Assembly (NCBI GenBank): GCA_950097015.1
Contig: CATNEN010000041.1
Span: 1,922,001 to 1,986,000 of the forward strand
Direction: 5' to 3'
From: Macrostomum hystrix
Taxonomy: Eukaryota > Animalia > Platyhelminthes
DNA: 64,000 nucleotides
Below are positions 49,801 to 61,384 of the stretch, in pieces (the first letter of the stretch is position 1; each line of letters opens with the position of its first letter). Below the pieces are notes generated by a model that was not told where the DNA came from, ran no database searches, and saw nothing but the letters and a program-made list of their open reading frames with translations. The position numbers were made by a program, and so were the translations under genes.

Positions 49801-52800
49801 AGCTGCGCCGCCGAGCGGTGTTGCCATGCCGGTTTGTGGGGCCAATGTGGCAGGCAAGTTATTTTTATTGTTTATTGCAAACTGCAAACAAAGCATCAGC
49901 AGCTTTGAACTGCGAGCTGCCCTGTTGTGGCATACTTTGGGAGGCCGGGCGTGGGCGCCGAGACAGGAGTGGCGCGGTTTCGTGACAGTCCCACTGCTGT
50001 TCAAGTCAGGGCAGACCGAGCACCCCCTGGGGACTTGTTTGAGGTCGAGGTTCGTCTCGGGCCTGAATTTCATGCCCTGAATGACGCAGATTGAATTCAT
50101 GTCGAACAATGTTATCGGGAGTTGGCGCACAATGCCCCGCGCTCGTCTGGCATTCTCAGCTTCGAGCCAATGGGCAATAAAAGCTGCTAGCATGCTGTGC
50201 CCAGCTGAGAGTGAAAGTAGAGATACTAAGGCAGGCGAAAGCAACGAGGTCCGCTTCATCATGAAGAAGGAAAGGGAGAGAGAGAGGGTGAAAGAGGGGG
50301 AGAGAGGTGGAAAGAGAGGAAGAGAGAGGGTAAAAGAGGGGGAGAGAGAGGGTGAAAGAGGGGAGAGAGAGGGTGAAAGAGAGAGGGAGAGAGAGGGTGA
50401 AAGAGAGAGGGAGAGAGGGAGAGAGAGAGCGGGAGAGAGGAGAGAGGACACTGCAACATTGAATTTAAAAAATCTAATGTTGGAATCGATTCCGATATGT
50501 ATCCAAAAAATTGAAATCCGGATTCGAACCAAGGCAACTCCAGACGCGTTTCGCTCTTGTTGGAGCTCATCAGTAGAGTCTAGCCTAACGTTTTAGCCAT
50601 TCGTCTATGGGCGCTTGTTCAAATCCAGCTTTCAACCTCAACATATCGTAATCGATTCGGCAGCGCCCCGCAACTCAATCCATACTCACTAAACTCCGTG
50701 GCACTGACTCGGTCGTACGAGACGCCGGTGCTGGCCTGGAGCAGAGGGGAAAAGAGGGGGGGAGAGGGTGAAAGAGGGGGAGAGAGAGGGTGAAAGAGGG
50801 AGAGAGGGTGAAATAGGGGGAGAGAGGCAGCAGAGACATGTGAGGCACAAGCAGAGGTACGGCACACAGAAAGGACAAAGACGGAGATTCCCGCAGCTGC
50901 AGCAGCCAGCCAGCCAAGTGCCAGTAGGCGGGGCGGCTCTTCCCAGCTTGGGGGGCCTGGCAGAAGGCGGCGTAGGACAAGGCGGAGACCGGCAGGCAGA
51001 TTGAGGCCAGATGCGGCGGGCTGCGGACTCTCAGGCCTCGGGCCCATCCCGCTAATGCAGTGGGGACAGGCAAACAAGAGCGCTTATCAGGCCAGAGTCA
51101 ATAGACCAGGGCGGCGCGGACCCGAGGATGTCTGATTGATGAGATGCAGATTCTCAATCTGGGCCTGGAGTCCCAGCAAGCCACAGCAGCACTGCCTGGC
51201 TGCTGGAGTAGTCTGCAGTCTGCCCACTCTAACACAAACTGCAGCTGCGGATTAACTATGTATTAACTAAACTGCAGCTGCACAGTTCCTGCCACCCTCC
51301 AGATTCTATGCTGCACAGTTCCTGCCACCCTCCAGATTCTATGCTGCACAGTTCCTGCCACCCTCCAGATTCTATGCTGCACAGTTCCTGCCACCCTCCA
51401 GATTCTATGCTGCACAGTTCCTGCCACCCTCCAGATTCTATGCTGCACAGTTCCTGCCACCCTCCAGATTCTATGCTGCACAGTTCCTGCCACCCTCCAG
51501 ATTCTATGCTGCACAGTTCCTGCCACCCTCCAGACTACAGGCTATACACCTGGCATTCTCCGCATTCTCCGACTGCCACCCTCAAGCCTTGCACTCTGGC
51601 AGACTCTTTGTTTATCAAGAGGCACTCCAATAATTTGTCTTAATCCACCTGTAGGAAGTGCTTGCACAGAGTTTTAAGCCCCTAGATTTCCACCTGCGCG
51701 CCAAGCAACATGGCCCCAGCTACTCACTTGGCCTGTGAGGCGTTGAACTGGCTGTAGTGCGAGCTGCTGTTGAACCTGGAGTCGTCAAGTCGCTGCACCA
51801 GCCGCAGCGGCTTCTGCGAGTTCTTGCAGTCAAAGTCGGACTCGCGGCCTGCGGAGCGGGGGTGGCGGTCAAAGGTTTTTGTCTCTGGGCTAGCTCATTA
51901 ATTATGCATGCGCTGAGTTGTGCAAGGCATGTTTTCCAGCCTAATTTCATAAGCTATTATGCATTTCATTTTCATCTGGTTGAGTGAGCAGGCGGGCCCA
52001 CTTTCTCTTCGGAGGTGTCATTTGCATGAGCAGAGCGCCTCGGGCCACAATTGCATTTTCGAAGCTGTGGCACGACTTTACCCTCCCCCCCCGGCCTCGG
52101 CAACTGGGCACCTGAGAGCGCACCTAGTTGTGGCTCCGGCCAGGTGTAGCCAGGTGAAACTGGGCCCGCAAATCAGCGCAGCGGCCGCCAATAATTCACT
52201 GGCGGGCCTGCTGAAGTCGCAGCCGGATAGGAAATCGGCGGCATGCTGGGATCAGCTGGGATCTGCTGCTGGCCCAGTTAAAAGTCTCTCCCGGCTGAAG
52301 TGCGGGCACCCGACCCAGAATCGGGCCAGGCGGGCCAGACAGCACAATGGCTGGGCAGAGAGCACCGCGGAAACGAGACAGGGGGTGCAGGGAATTTCTC
52401 TAGGGTGCACACCGTTTGAGTTGGGGGTCGCAACTCAAAAACAAAACCCAAAACTTTGAAGGCCAATTCTAAAACCGAATCGTAAATTCACCAGCAGCGG
52501 GTCGGAGCTTCAGAACTCAGAAGCCGCACTGCAAACCCGAAACGATATTAAATTACGATTTATTATTTTGTTTAGTTCGAATTGCGAGAACAGGAAAACA
52601 AGTGTTTAATATGGGAACGGTGGGATAATTGCAATGATCCACAATCCTCTTGATGGCCTCACAAAAAAAGCAAAACTGGCATTCTTCCAAAATGCGCTGC
52701 TGCAGTGGGCCGGGTCTGAGACCATCCACGGAGAACAGTGCAGGTAAGGGGCCGTGCTTGATTGGGATCCTACCTGTGCTCTATCGGGTATTGCATGTTC

Positions 52801-55800
52801 AAAGGGAATCCGGGACCCTGAATGCCTCACCTGTTGATAGCTCAGGCAGAGCATGACAAGTGGATGCGGAGAAGCATTCACTCAAAGACAATGCAGTCAA
52901 TTTTTAATGCACAGGCGGTGGCTCAGGGCATTCTTCGACTGGCACTGCAGCGGCTGCCTCTAAGGGGGACATTGCCAGGAATTGAATAAAGCGGCTTAAT
53001 TGCACTCCTTCCAGATGCCGGCAGCATGAAATCCGCTCAGGGCCTTAATCACATTAAGGAGCCGCTGAGATGTGTTTACACCCACCAGCCCTGAGCAAAC
53101 AGGAATTCAATCTCACTGAGTGCTCATACCGCAGCAGCGGGCTGCACTTTCTTGTCAGGTAGCATGAGCTGCACCCAAGGCTGAGTTGAGCAGTCTTCAA
53201 CACAATCCCAGCTATGCAAATCGTTTGGAGTCGAGTCTCAGTCAATCACTTTAATAAATTTTATTGCATTTCAAAGCGGCTTTCCTGCAGAGACAAAAAG
53301 CACACCGAGCGACAGAATGGGAGAAGAAGAGTGCATGACACTGATGGATGATCAGACAACTGAATGAACTAGCAGTGATCGATGCCATGACCTGCCCAAC
53401 AATGACCAACCTGAATGAACTAGTAACTAGCAGTGGTCGTTGCCATGACCTGCCCAACAATGACCAACCTGAATGAACTAGTTAACTAGCAGCACCAAGA
53501 TGGCTTTCAATTTTCCTTTTCAGCTCGCAAAAGAATCCGTCAGGTCCAGCCCAGCCATTAATCCACTCACCCAGCCTCACAAAGACAGTTACAAACATTG
53601 AAAGGTTTGAGATAATCACTGAGATGCTCAATGACCCTTGAGCAATCGGAGAACTCACTCTGCTTCGATTCGTTTCCCATTGTTGAGCCACTGTTTGAGT
53701 TTGAGCACAGCCCCATGAAGCGTAAGAGCTCTGAGTTCAGCACGCGAACCCTACTCAAGTTAGCGTCCGTGTCAGGAGCAGCAGTCTCAGGAAACAATCG
53801 TCATCAACGGCCTTCAAGCCTGGCTGCCCCGGGCAAGAAATCGCGAAGGATCTGGCGCCGGGTTGTGCAACCGGCGAATCATCGATACGCGATCGAGTTG
53901 AAACATTATTAAAGGCCTCCCATTTTTGGTTTTCCCTTTCTCCCTCTCTGTTCCCTGCTCATTAAATATCACCGTAGATGGCGAAATGACTGCCAGGCTC
54001 GCGCATTACTGACTGCCCATTATTCTTTGTGACGCCACGTGTGGGGAAACTGGGATCATGGAAGTGGGAACAGTCTGGCTGGGAGGGGCCTCGTTAGGCA
54101 AGTTTCCCTTTTCTCACTAGAACCCACACGTCTTCCCCAGCGGCGAAATCCCGGCCTGTGTGAGCAGTGAGGGGTGGCTCAGACGGGCTGAGTCACTGCG
54201 CAGGGATATCACACTCGGTTATCCAGCAAACACAGGGCGAGGCGCGCAAATCCAGCTCATTAAGCGGGCCGCCTGGGATTATGCTGGCTGAGGTGTTTGC
54301 CCGTGATCAGCCGGGATGGGATCTTATAAGAGTGGGGATTATTTTAGTTCACTCGCGCGGACTGCTGCATTGCTGCAGCTTCCCAGCCCATCTGTCCCAC
54401 AGCCTCAAGTAGCAGCAGCGCAGTTAACTTCCCAGTAGAGAGCGGGGAAAGTGTGATGGACAGATCCCGATAATCCGACGGCAGCGGGCTGTAATTAGCC
54501 GGAGGGCCCCGCAGCCAGCGCCAAGCACTCTACATAGCTCCACAGTACTCAGGCTAGAGACAGGAAGGGAAGAGGGATCGCAGGTCACAATCAGATCCCA
54601 TGTCCCCCTGACATTGACTCCCTGAGCCAGCTCCCATCCCCGAAGCCATCCAGATCCAACTCACTGCGGAGGCCGCCTTTGACACGCTGCAGCCCACAAA
54701 GCCCCGCGCCAGGTATCGATTAAAGAAGCGGTGACTAATTAATAACCCGGGACGCCCGCGACTTCTTCGGCGCCTTCCCGCAGTCACCCCGGCTGCTCTG
54801 AGCGACCGCCAGGAATGCAAATGCAGCCCGGGCCCGAGAAATGCTAATCCAAATTCAATCAGCCCGCGCCCTGTCTTTTCGGTTGTCAAAAGTGCACCGG
54901 AGCTCCAGCAGCCCCTGCTGCCTGCCGCACCGGCGGTTGCGCAATCAATTAAGTCCAAATTGAATTGCTGGAGCAGCTTGCCGGATAAAAGTCACCTTCG
55001 AGGACCCAATTTATCAATTGCCAAGGCTGAGTAGGCTGTGGCTGAGCAGGGAGCTGAGTGAGCGGAGTTGGCTTTGAAACAGTCGAGGCGGATGGTCCAG
55101 AGCCATCCTGCAGCTTCCTCAGCCCTGCCTCATCAATTCTTTGCTCTCAGGACAGGCTAACAAGTCAGGTAGAGCCCGCGCAGAGCGGCCTAATCAGGGG
55201 CTGGCAAAGGAGGGATGAGACGGCATGGGAGAGGGCCAGGTGAAAGCTGAGAACAGAGGCGGAGCAGGAGCTCTGCCTGTCGCGCTTTGAAGCGAAACAC
55301 GGCGATGAGGACTGAAATTGAGAGGCCGGCTTTCACTGCACAGCTTGCGAGCTGAGCACACAAAGGAAGTCCGAGTCTCCCCTGAGTCCATTCTGTTTGT
55401 CCTCTTCTATTCGGACATGATGAATGAGCGGCCAGCCCCGCCCGGCCGGCTGCTTTGCATAAAAAATCGATGGCGATGAAAGAGCCCCAGCGCCTGTCCT
55501 TTCTGGCCCCAGCGCCACTTGAAGGGCCGCACAGGAGCGGTGCCCCGTGACTCAGTTGAGACCCGCGGCCCAAGTACCAACAGGGAGGCAGTGCTTGTGC
55601 AAATGCTAAGATAGCCTTGCCAAGTAAACTTGAACAGGAAAATGACGGAAATGCGAAATACAACACTGCATGCTTACCTGGTGCAGGTAGATTAAACGAA
55701 TTGCTGTGCGGCCTAGCAACAATAATATGCCTCTAATGCCTACCTACACCCATGCCTACAGTCCCAAGTGCCGCTGCGATAAACACGGGCCTCATCAAAG

Positions 55801-58790
55801 CAGCATGCAGAACAATGCCCCAGTGCTGGCTTGGGAGAGGCAGAAAGGTAAAAGCGCTATACCTGTTGATTGTCCCGCTGCCAGAGCGAAGAAAATTGCC
55901 TGTCGCATATCGCCTGCCCGTGATTATTATCCCAATGCAAATCGGGATCTGGAGTTAGAGAAAATTCTGCTTTGACAACTACACAACAGTCCCCTCCCCA
56001 TCAATTCCAACAGTCACATGGGACCAGAATTGTTGTTATGAATTTATGAATCCACAACTGATTGTTCTGACAAGTACAGCTCACTGGAGCTAGAGTTGCA
56101 ATGCACAGAACACGATTCTCAGCTCTCCAATTAAAATAGCTTCTCGTTTTTGATAAGGGAAGGTGTGCAAGTACAGTCAAATGTAGCACCTATAATAAGT
56201 CGATCTGGAATCTAAAAATAACTTATAGATAAATGTAGCACCTACATATTGGTCCAAAGGCGACGGGGATTGTACAAAAAAGTTTTCACTGGTCGGTGAA
56301 CATCAAAGGTAATAAAAATGGTCCATGGTGGCGGTCAGCCTTTGAGTCTGTGTTTAAGGCCCGCAAACCGCGGTCTGGGTTTGATAAACCCGCCACCTCA
56401 ATCAGGTGGGTGCAGGTGCACCAGCCATTACAAGTATGAGACATTTCATTAAAGCTGGGAAAATTCATTTATTGTGCGCTGCCTGTTTTTAAGGTTCCGC
56501 GGGGTTTCATATTTATTTCAATTTCGCGATTCCTAGCATGAAGCCATGTGCACCTCGGCAGATTGCACGACTGCTTACCTGTGAAGCCCACGGTCCCTTG
56601 TCTTCCACCATAAGGAACCAGCCCACTTGCTTTTTTATATTTTTTACTCACAGCCAGAGGGGCTTCAATGCGAGGGTGGATCACAGGTGAGAGGGATGCG
56701 TTAATTACTATTGCGAGAACTGGGTCTCGAGTGTCTTTGGGATGTGGCATTGTGGGGTGTCAAAGTTGGGAAGGCACCACTCACAGATACATTGAGGTGA
56801 GAGAGTGCGCCATGGGGCGGAGCTCAGGTGTGGAGATCACTTATCACTGCAGGGGTCTGCTTACGCGGCTTTGATGTATGAGCTTTTGTGTTCTGCTCAA
56901 ACCAATTTCTCCGCTTTACAACTGGCGGTGTTGAGAGCTGTGGATGCGCACGAAATTGATGCAAAAACACTCACACTTCAGTGCAACTCCCAAGCCAGGT
57001 TGCCATGTGCTCAGAGCTCGAGCAATGCGTGAGCAATTTGGTAATGAGTGATTTCATGAGGCACCATGCCTCATTTCGGTTGTGCTGTGTTGTTCACCAA
57101 GACCGCTATTGACAGGGCGCCAGGTGACAGTTTCAGCTTTTCAATTCACTTTTCAAACTTTCAGAACACTTTCTATTTGCAGATTTGCACTTTTAACAAA
57201 CCGCAGCGTAACTTTCTCTGGGCTAATGGCAGGCCCGCCAGCCAGTCTGGTGGAGGACGGAGCACACTGCTCCGTGCAGGGCAGACGCTCGCACAAATTT
57301 AGCGAAGACGGGAGCAAAAAACTAACTGCGTAGAACCGAGAGAGACTGGGCCCTTCACACGGCTGAGTAGACCCGAGTAGTCCACTGGGCAGTCAGGGAG
57401 CCAGTACCGCTGGACCACAAAGGCCACCCATGCTGAGCTGAGGCATAATTCAACCCATTGCACATGAGCTCTTTTGTTGTTTTAATTAGGCAGTATATAT
57501 CTTTTCTCACATTCTCACCCGCCTGCTTTTCGAGTCTATTTTTATGTGCTCAAAACTGTGCTCAAACTTGCTGGCTCAAGACTCAACTTCTCTTAAGATG
57601 AGACTTGACAACACGCTAAATCATATATTGTTGTGTAGAACACATATTTTGCAATGCTATGAGCAAATTTACAGCACCCTACCTGGCCAGCCAGCATGAG
57701 CTCTGGGGAACGGGACTCGGGAAGACAATTCTCAAACGCAAACGCATGAAATTTCGCCTTTAAAGTCATTGACTAATATCTTAGGTCAAGCTTCACTCTG
57801 CATAGTATAATTTGAACTATACGGATCCTAAACTAATAAACATAATACCATTTACACCTTGAGACTGTTCGTGCTGTACTCCAAGAGTCCAGAGACCAGA
57901 CAAAGAAGAATTTAGTGCAAAATAATGTTGAATTAGAGAGGCCAGTCGGCAGGCAGGCTGGCGCGCGCGGGCCAGACAAAAGTCCTGCACTTTGAACTCG
58001 GTGCTGGAGCAGCCCTGGCCTACCAATGTACGAGGCTACCAATGAACCACGCCTGCAAGCTATCGCTACATGAAGCTAAGAGCTGCAACCGGCATTAAAG
58101 CCTGTTGCGTGACTCACAGGTGACTCAACTGAGCTGAGCAGTGTGAGCAGCCGACTGGACCGGATGGAGATGCGAGCAGCTGAGGGGGGCAATCCATGCA
58201 GACCAGTGATTTACGAGCTTGACCCGGTCCACTCTCCCCATCTGATCCGTGTTCTCAGCTGTCACTCCAATGGACGAGGCGTGAGTTCAACTCAATTCAA
58301 CGCCAGCTATGCCCGAGTCCCGCAGCTTTGATTTACAAAATGCGCGGCTCTGCACAATTTCCGCACACGAGCTCTTCCTGTCTATAGTACGCAAAGGGAA
58401 TTTATTGATTTCCTAGAACTATGGTTATTATGACGGGAGGAGAAATAACCGCGTGATTTACCTGCGGCTGGCTGGGGACATGGTGAGCAGGCGTGAGACC
58501 GCCAGTTTGGCTCACAATCGAACTGTAAGTTCCACAATGCTTTTTCATCAACGGTTTTGAACTAACGAATGCCTTCTTGAATCATGCCTTTTACCTGCAG
58601 TATTGCAGGAGCCTGTTCGCCTAATTAAATCTGCAGCTTGGACCCAGTTCTAGGACTCCCAGGTTTTCGCACAAAAACTAATGAATAAAAAATATGGATT
58701 TCGAGGAAAAAAAATAGGTACAAAAGCAATTTTCTTACCTTGCAGCAGGTACGCTTGCGCACTCAGCAGCAGCAGCAGCCGCAGACTCAT
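31896..58790 (-). CDS. DDR: Discoidin domain receptor tyrosine kinase, spliced, about 1040 aa
   Basis: Exons (minus): 58790-58739 (signal peptide MSLRLLLLLSAQAYLLQG), 51848-51728, 49149-48987, 44425-44318, 42852-42159, 35068-34115, 33152-32347, 32120-31896 (3123 nt, phases consistent). DS domain (AWCP...VCLKFELFGC), DS-like domain (MLLSEVFFES), TM helix YVAIIVSILLGAVLLMLAIAFLCL, juxtamembrane IQG-CSGNTVYA, kinase motifs GQFGEV, HRDLACRN, DFGMS and LPIRWMAWE. Confidence 0.93.
32186..32305. repeat. 22-bp tandem repeat in last DDR intron
   Basis: Unit CTATTACAAATGGATTGCTAAT, about 5 copies. Confidence 0.9.
35160..35355. repeat. 23-bp purine-rich tandem repeat
   Basis: Unit GAAGGGAGCGGAGAGG(G/T)TTG(G/A)GT. 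Confidence 0.9.
36280..36490. repeat. Pyrimidine-rich degenerate tandem repeat
   Basis: Recurring CCGCTTCTACCCCTTCTTCTCCACCACTTC. Confidence 0.75.
37180..37835. repeat. 28-bp G-rich minisatellite, about 23 copies
   Basis: Unit GGGTAGGCAGGGAAGGGTAGAATGGAG(A/T). Confidence 0.95.
38843..39010. repeat. 23-bp degenerate tandem repeat
   Basis: Unit CTGCTGCACAGGTGATAAGCAGT. Confidence 0.8.
39640..39960. repeat. About 22-bp CT-rich tandem repeat
   Basis: Unit close to CTCACTCTCATTCTCTCCCCTT. Confidence 0.85.
48735..48960. repeat. 34-bp tandem repeat, about 6 copies, next to a DDR donor site
   Basis: Unit CTGGCACTCCCTAGACCCAGCCCTGTCACTCGAA. Confidence 0.9.
50448..50742 (-). mobile_element. About 295-bp hammerhead-bearing element (retrozyme, Penelope-LTR or SINE-like)
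   Basis: Unique sequence containing the hammerhead, a B box and a T6 run, bounded on both sides by the same GAGAGAGGGTGAAAGAGGG-type array. Boundaries are approximate and no clear TSD was seen. Confidence 0.5.
50532..50586 (-). ncRNA. Minimal type I hammerhead ribozyme
   Basis: Minus strand reads AGGCUAGACUCUA-CUGAUGA-GCUC-CAACAA-GAGC-GAAA-CGCG-UC^UGGAGUUGCCU. The core CUGAUGA/GAAA/UH is complete. Stem II has 4 bp, stem I about 11 bp with a bulge, and stem III is the palindrome ACGCGU. Predicted cleavage lies between 50543 and 50542. Confidence 0.88.
51278..51535. repeat. 33-bp tandem repeat, about 8 copies
   Basis: Unit CTGCACAGTTCCTGCCACCCTCCAGATTCTATG. Confidence 0.92.
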
Positions 58791-59029
58791 GGCTGTGCAG
58801 CAACACCGCGGAATGTCTTTTCGCTTGAACAGTGATATGCAAAAGGCAGATTTTATCGGTTTTGCTCAGCTGTGTCTGCGCAATAGGAGGCCGCGGCCCA
58901 TCTGCCCGACTCGTTCAACTTGCTGAGGGCTCGGCTTGCGACGCGCAACTTTTTAAACGATTCCCAGACAAGGGGGGAGGGGCAGGCAGACAGTCTGTTT
59001 TTCTCGGGCTAGAGCGATGGGCGTGCTGA

Positions 59030-59120
59030 ACTGACTATAACACTCCGGACAGCCACCCCCTCCGCCAGCCCCCACCGGCCAATCCGGTTGGCCCGCCCGG
59101 TCACGCCCAATAAAACTAAA
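59030..59120 (-). promoter_or_regulatory. Candidate DDR proximal promoter
   Basis: GC-box-like CCCGCCC and two CCAAT motifs about 250-330 bp upstream of the DDR ATG. Confidence 0.25.
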
Positions 59121-59884
59121 GGCAAAGTCAAGCTGGCCTTGGGCTCTCGCACTGCTCGCTACTCGCTACTGTCGAGTAAGCTGCGCGCGCAGATTGAAAC
59201 CAAATGAAGCCAAGTGCTTTCTCCCCTGATCATTAACAAAACTGCCTGCCTGCTCTGTTGATCCTCAGTTGGGAGAAAGGGGCATACAGTCACATTCAGG
59301 CAGGCACACAGTCTAGTTGAGGGCTGGGGCGGGGAGAATTTCTCATTTCCCCTGTAGGAGCGTGCCGGGCGGGACTTTTTCAGCGGTCGAAATTGATTTC
59401 CCACCGCGGCCCGGCCCGCATAATGTGCGCTTGAAAGGGAAAGTGGAGCGTGGATTTGGGGGAGGTTAGAGAAGCACAGAAAAACAGGGATCTCAGGGCA
59501 GGGCTGAGTTAAAGTGAAAAAGCAGGACTGGTTTGTGTGACAGACAATAGCGTGTTGTTTCTTTCCTGTGCGCTGCCAGGTGAACTTGCTTCGATCCCAC
59601 TGCGGCTCGCTAGCAAGCTTATCGCCTTCCCAGCTCCTCAGCCAGGCGAGGATCAGCCGGCCTTTTTAAAATTGAGCCAAAATTCAAACACTGCGAATTG
59701 ACGGAAATGAAATCCGCGGCACTGGGCCCTGGTCGGCTCGGAACCGCCTCGACAGGCTCCACTTTTCCTCTCAACTCCGATCCATTCCTTTCAGTCTCTG
59801 ATCTTTTTAATACCCTTCGGTTACTCCTCTTCTCCTATCCTATCTTCTCCTCCCTGTCTCCTGTCTCCTGTCTCTTCTCTCCCA

Positions 59885-60715
59885 TCTCCTCTCAACCATC
59901 TCCTTAACCATCTCCTCTCAACCATCTCCTTAACCATCTCCTCTTAACCATCTCCTCTCAACCATCTCCTTAACCATCTCCTCTTAACCATCTCCTCTCA
60001 ACCATCTCCTCTCAACCATCTCCTTAACCATCTCCTCTTAACCATCTCCTCTCAACCATCTCCTCTCAACCATCTCCTTAACCATCTCCTCTTAACCATC
60101 TCCTCTTAACCATCTCCTCTCAACCATCTCCTTAACCATCTCCTCTTAACCATCTACTCTCAACCATCTCCTCTCAACCATCTCCTTAACCATCTCCTCT
60201 TAACCATCTCCTCTTAACCATCTCCTCTCAACCATCTCCTTAACCATCTCCTCTTAACCATCTCCTCTCAACCATCTCCTCTCAACCATCTCCTTAATCA
60301 TCTCCTCTTAACCATCTCCTCTCAACCATCTCCTCTCAACCATCTCCTTAACCATCTCCTCTTAACCATCTCCTCTTAACCATCTCCTCTCAACCATCTC
60401 CTTAACCATCTCCTCTTAACCATCTACTCTCAACCATCTCCTCTCAACCATCTCCTTAACCATCTCCTCTTAACCATCTCCTCTTAACCATCTCCTCTCA
60501 ACCATCTCCTTAACCATCTCCTCTTAACCATCTCCTCTCAACCATCTCCTCTCAACCATCTCCTTAACCATCTCCTCTTAACCATCTCCTCTCAACCATC
60601 TCCTCTCAACCATCTCCTTAACCATCTCCTCTTAACCATCTCCTCTCAACCATCTCCTCTCAACCATCTCCTTAACCATCTCCTCTTAACCATCTACTCT
60701 CAACCATCTCCTTCC
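59885..60715. repeat. 13-16-bp CT-rich minisatellite
   Basis: Units AACCATCTCCTCTC, AACCATCTCCTT and AACCATCTCCTCTT interleaved. Confidence 0.92.
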
Positions 60716-61384
60716 TCTAACCTCCTCTCTCCCATTCTATCTCGCGATCTCGTCTCTCCATCGCCCCCTTCCAAGTTCCCTATCATCTCTATTATCTGGC
60801 CTCTCTATGGTGCTCCCCAAGAAATTTCCCTTCGCATATTAATATTTGTTGTCGCAATCCCTGATGCCAGCATTTCAGGTCCCCGAAAACAATATTTTAA
60901 AGTGTGCCAGCGATTGACCCTGAAAGGCTCGCTCTACTCCAGCCGTGTTTTCCTGATCCGCATTCCATGTTCGCCATCATTTTCCACAGAGGCGCCAGCG
61001 GTTTTCGCCAGGTGCGCAAATCCACATTAAAAATTGGCTACAAAATTACGGAATCCGGCTAAATCGGCCATTGATTATTTCTGTTCTCTCTGCGGATCTG
61101 CGCAAATTAACTTGAAAACCACCAGGAACCGAAGAAAGCTACTTGAATCTTACCTGATCATCACTTCAATTACTTGAAGAAGCCTTGGGCCTAACAATAC
61201 TAAACGATACACTCTTCAAATTGACCTTGAAGTGGAGCTCTAAACTCGAACTAAACTTGCACCGCCAACAGCTGCCAACGCCCCAGCATACTACTGACAG
61301 CAGTAGAAAGTAGACATTTCCCATTTGAAACACCAGTTTCCGTTTCCATAAATGCCTTAGAATTTAGTGCGCCGAATTCGTCAG

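Larger units (their letters stand above)
50270..50825. repeat. GA-rich array split into 50270-50447 and 50745-50825 by the hammerhead element
   Basis: GAGAGAGGGTGAAAGAGGG motif on both sides of the insert. Confidence 0.75.

Noticed and set aside
50690-50735. Possible DDR exon ASTGVSYDRVSATEF
   Set aside because: The only phase-compatible reading creates a TAG at the junction, and exon 51848-51728 already joins 49149 in frame.
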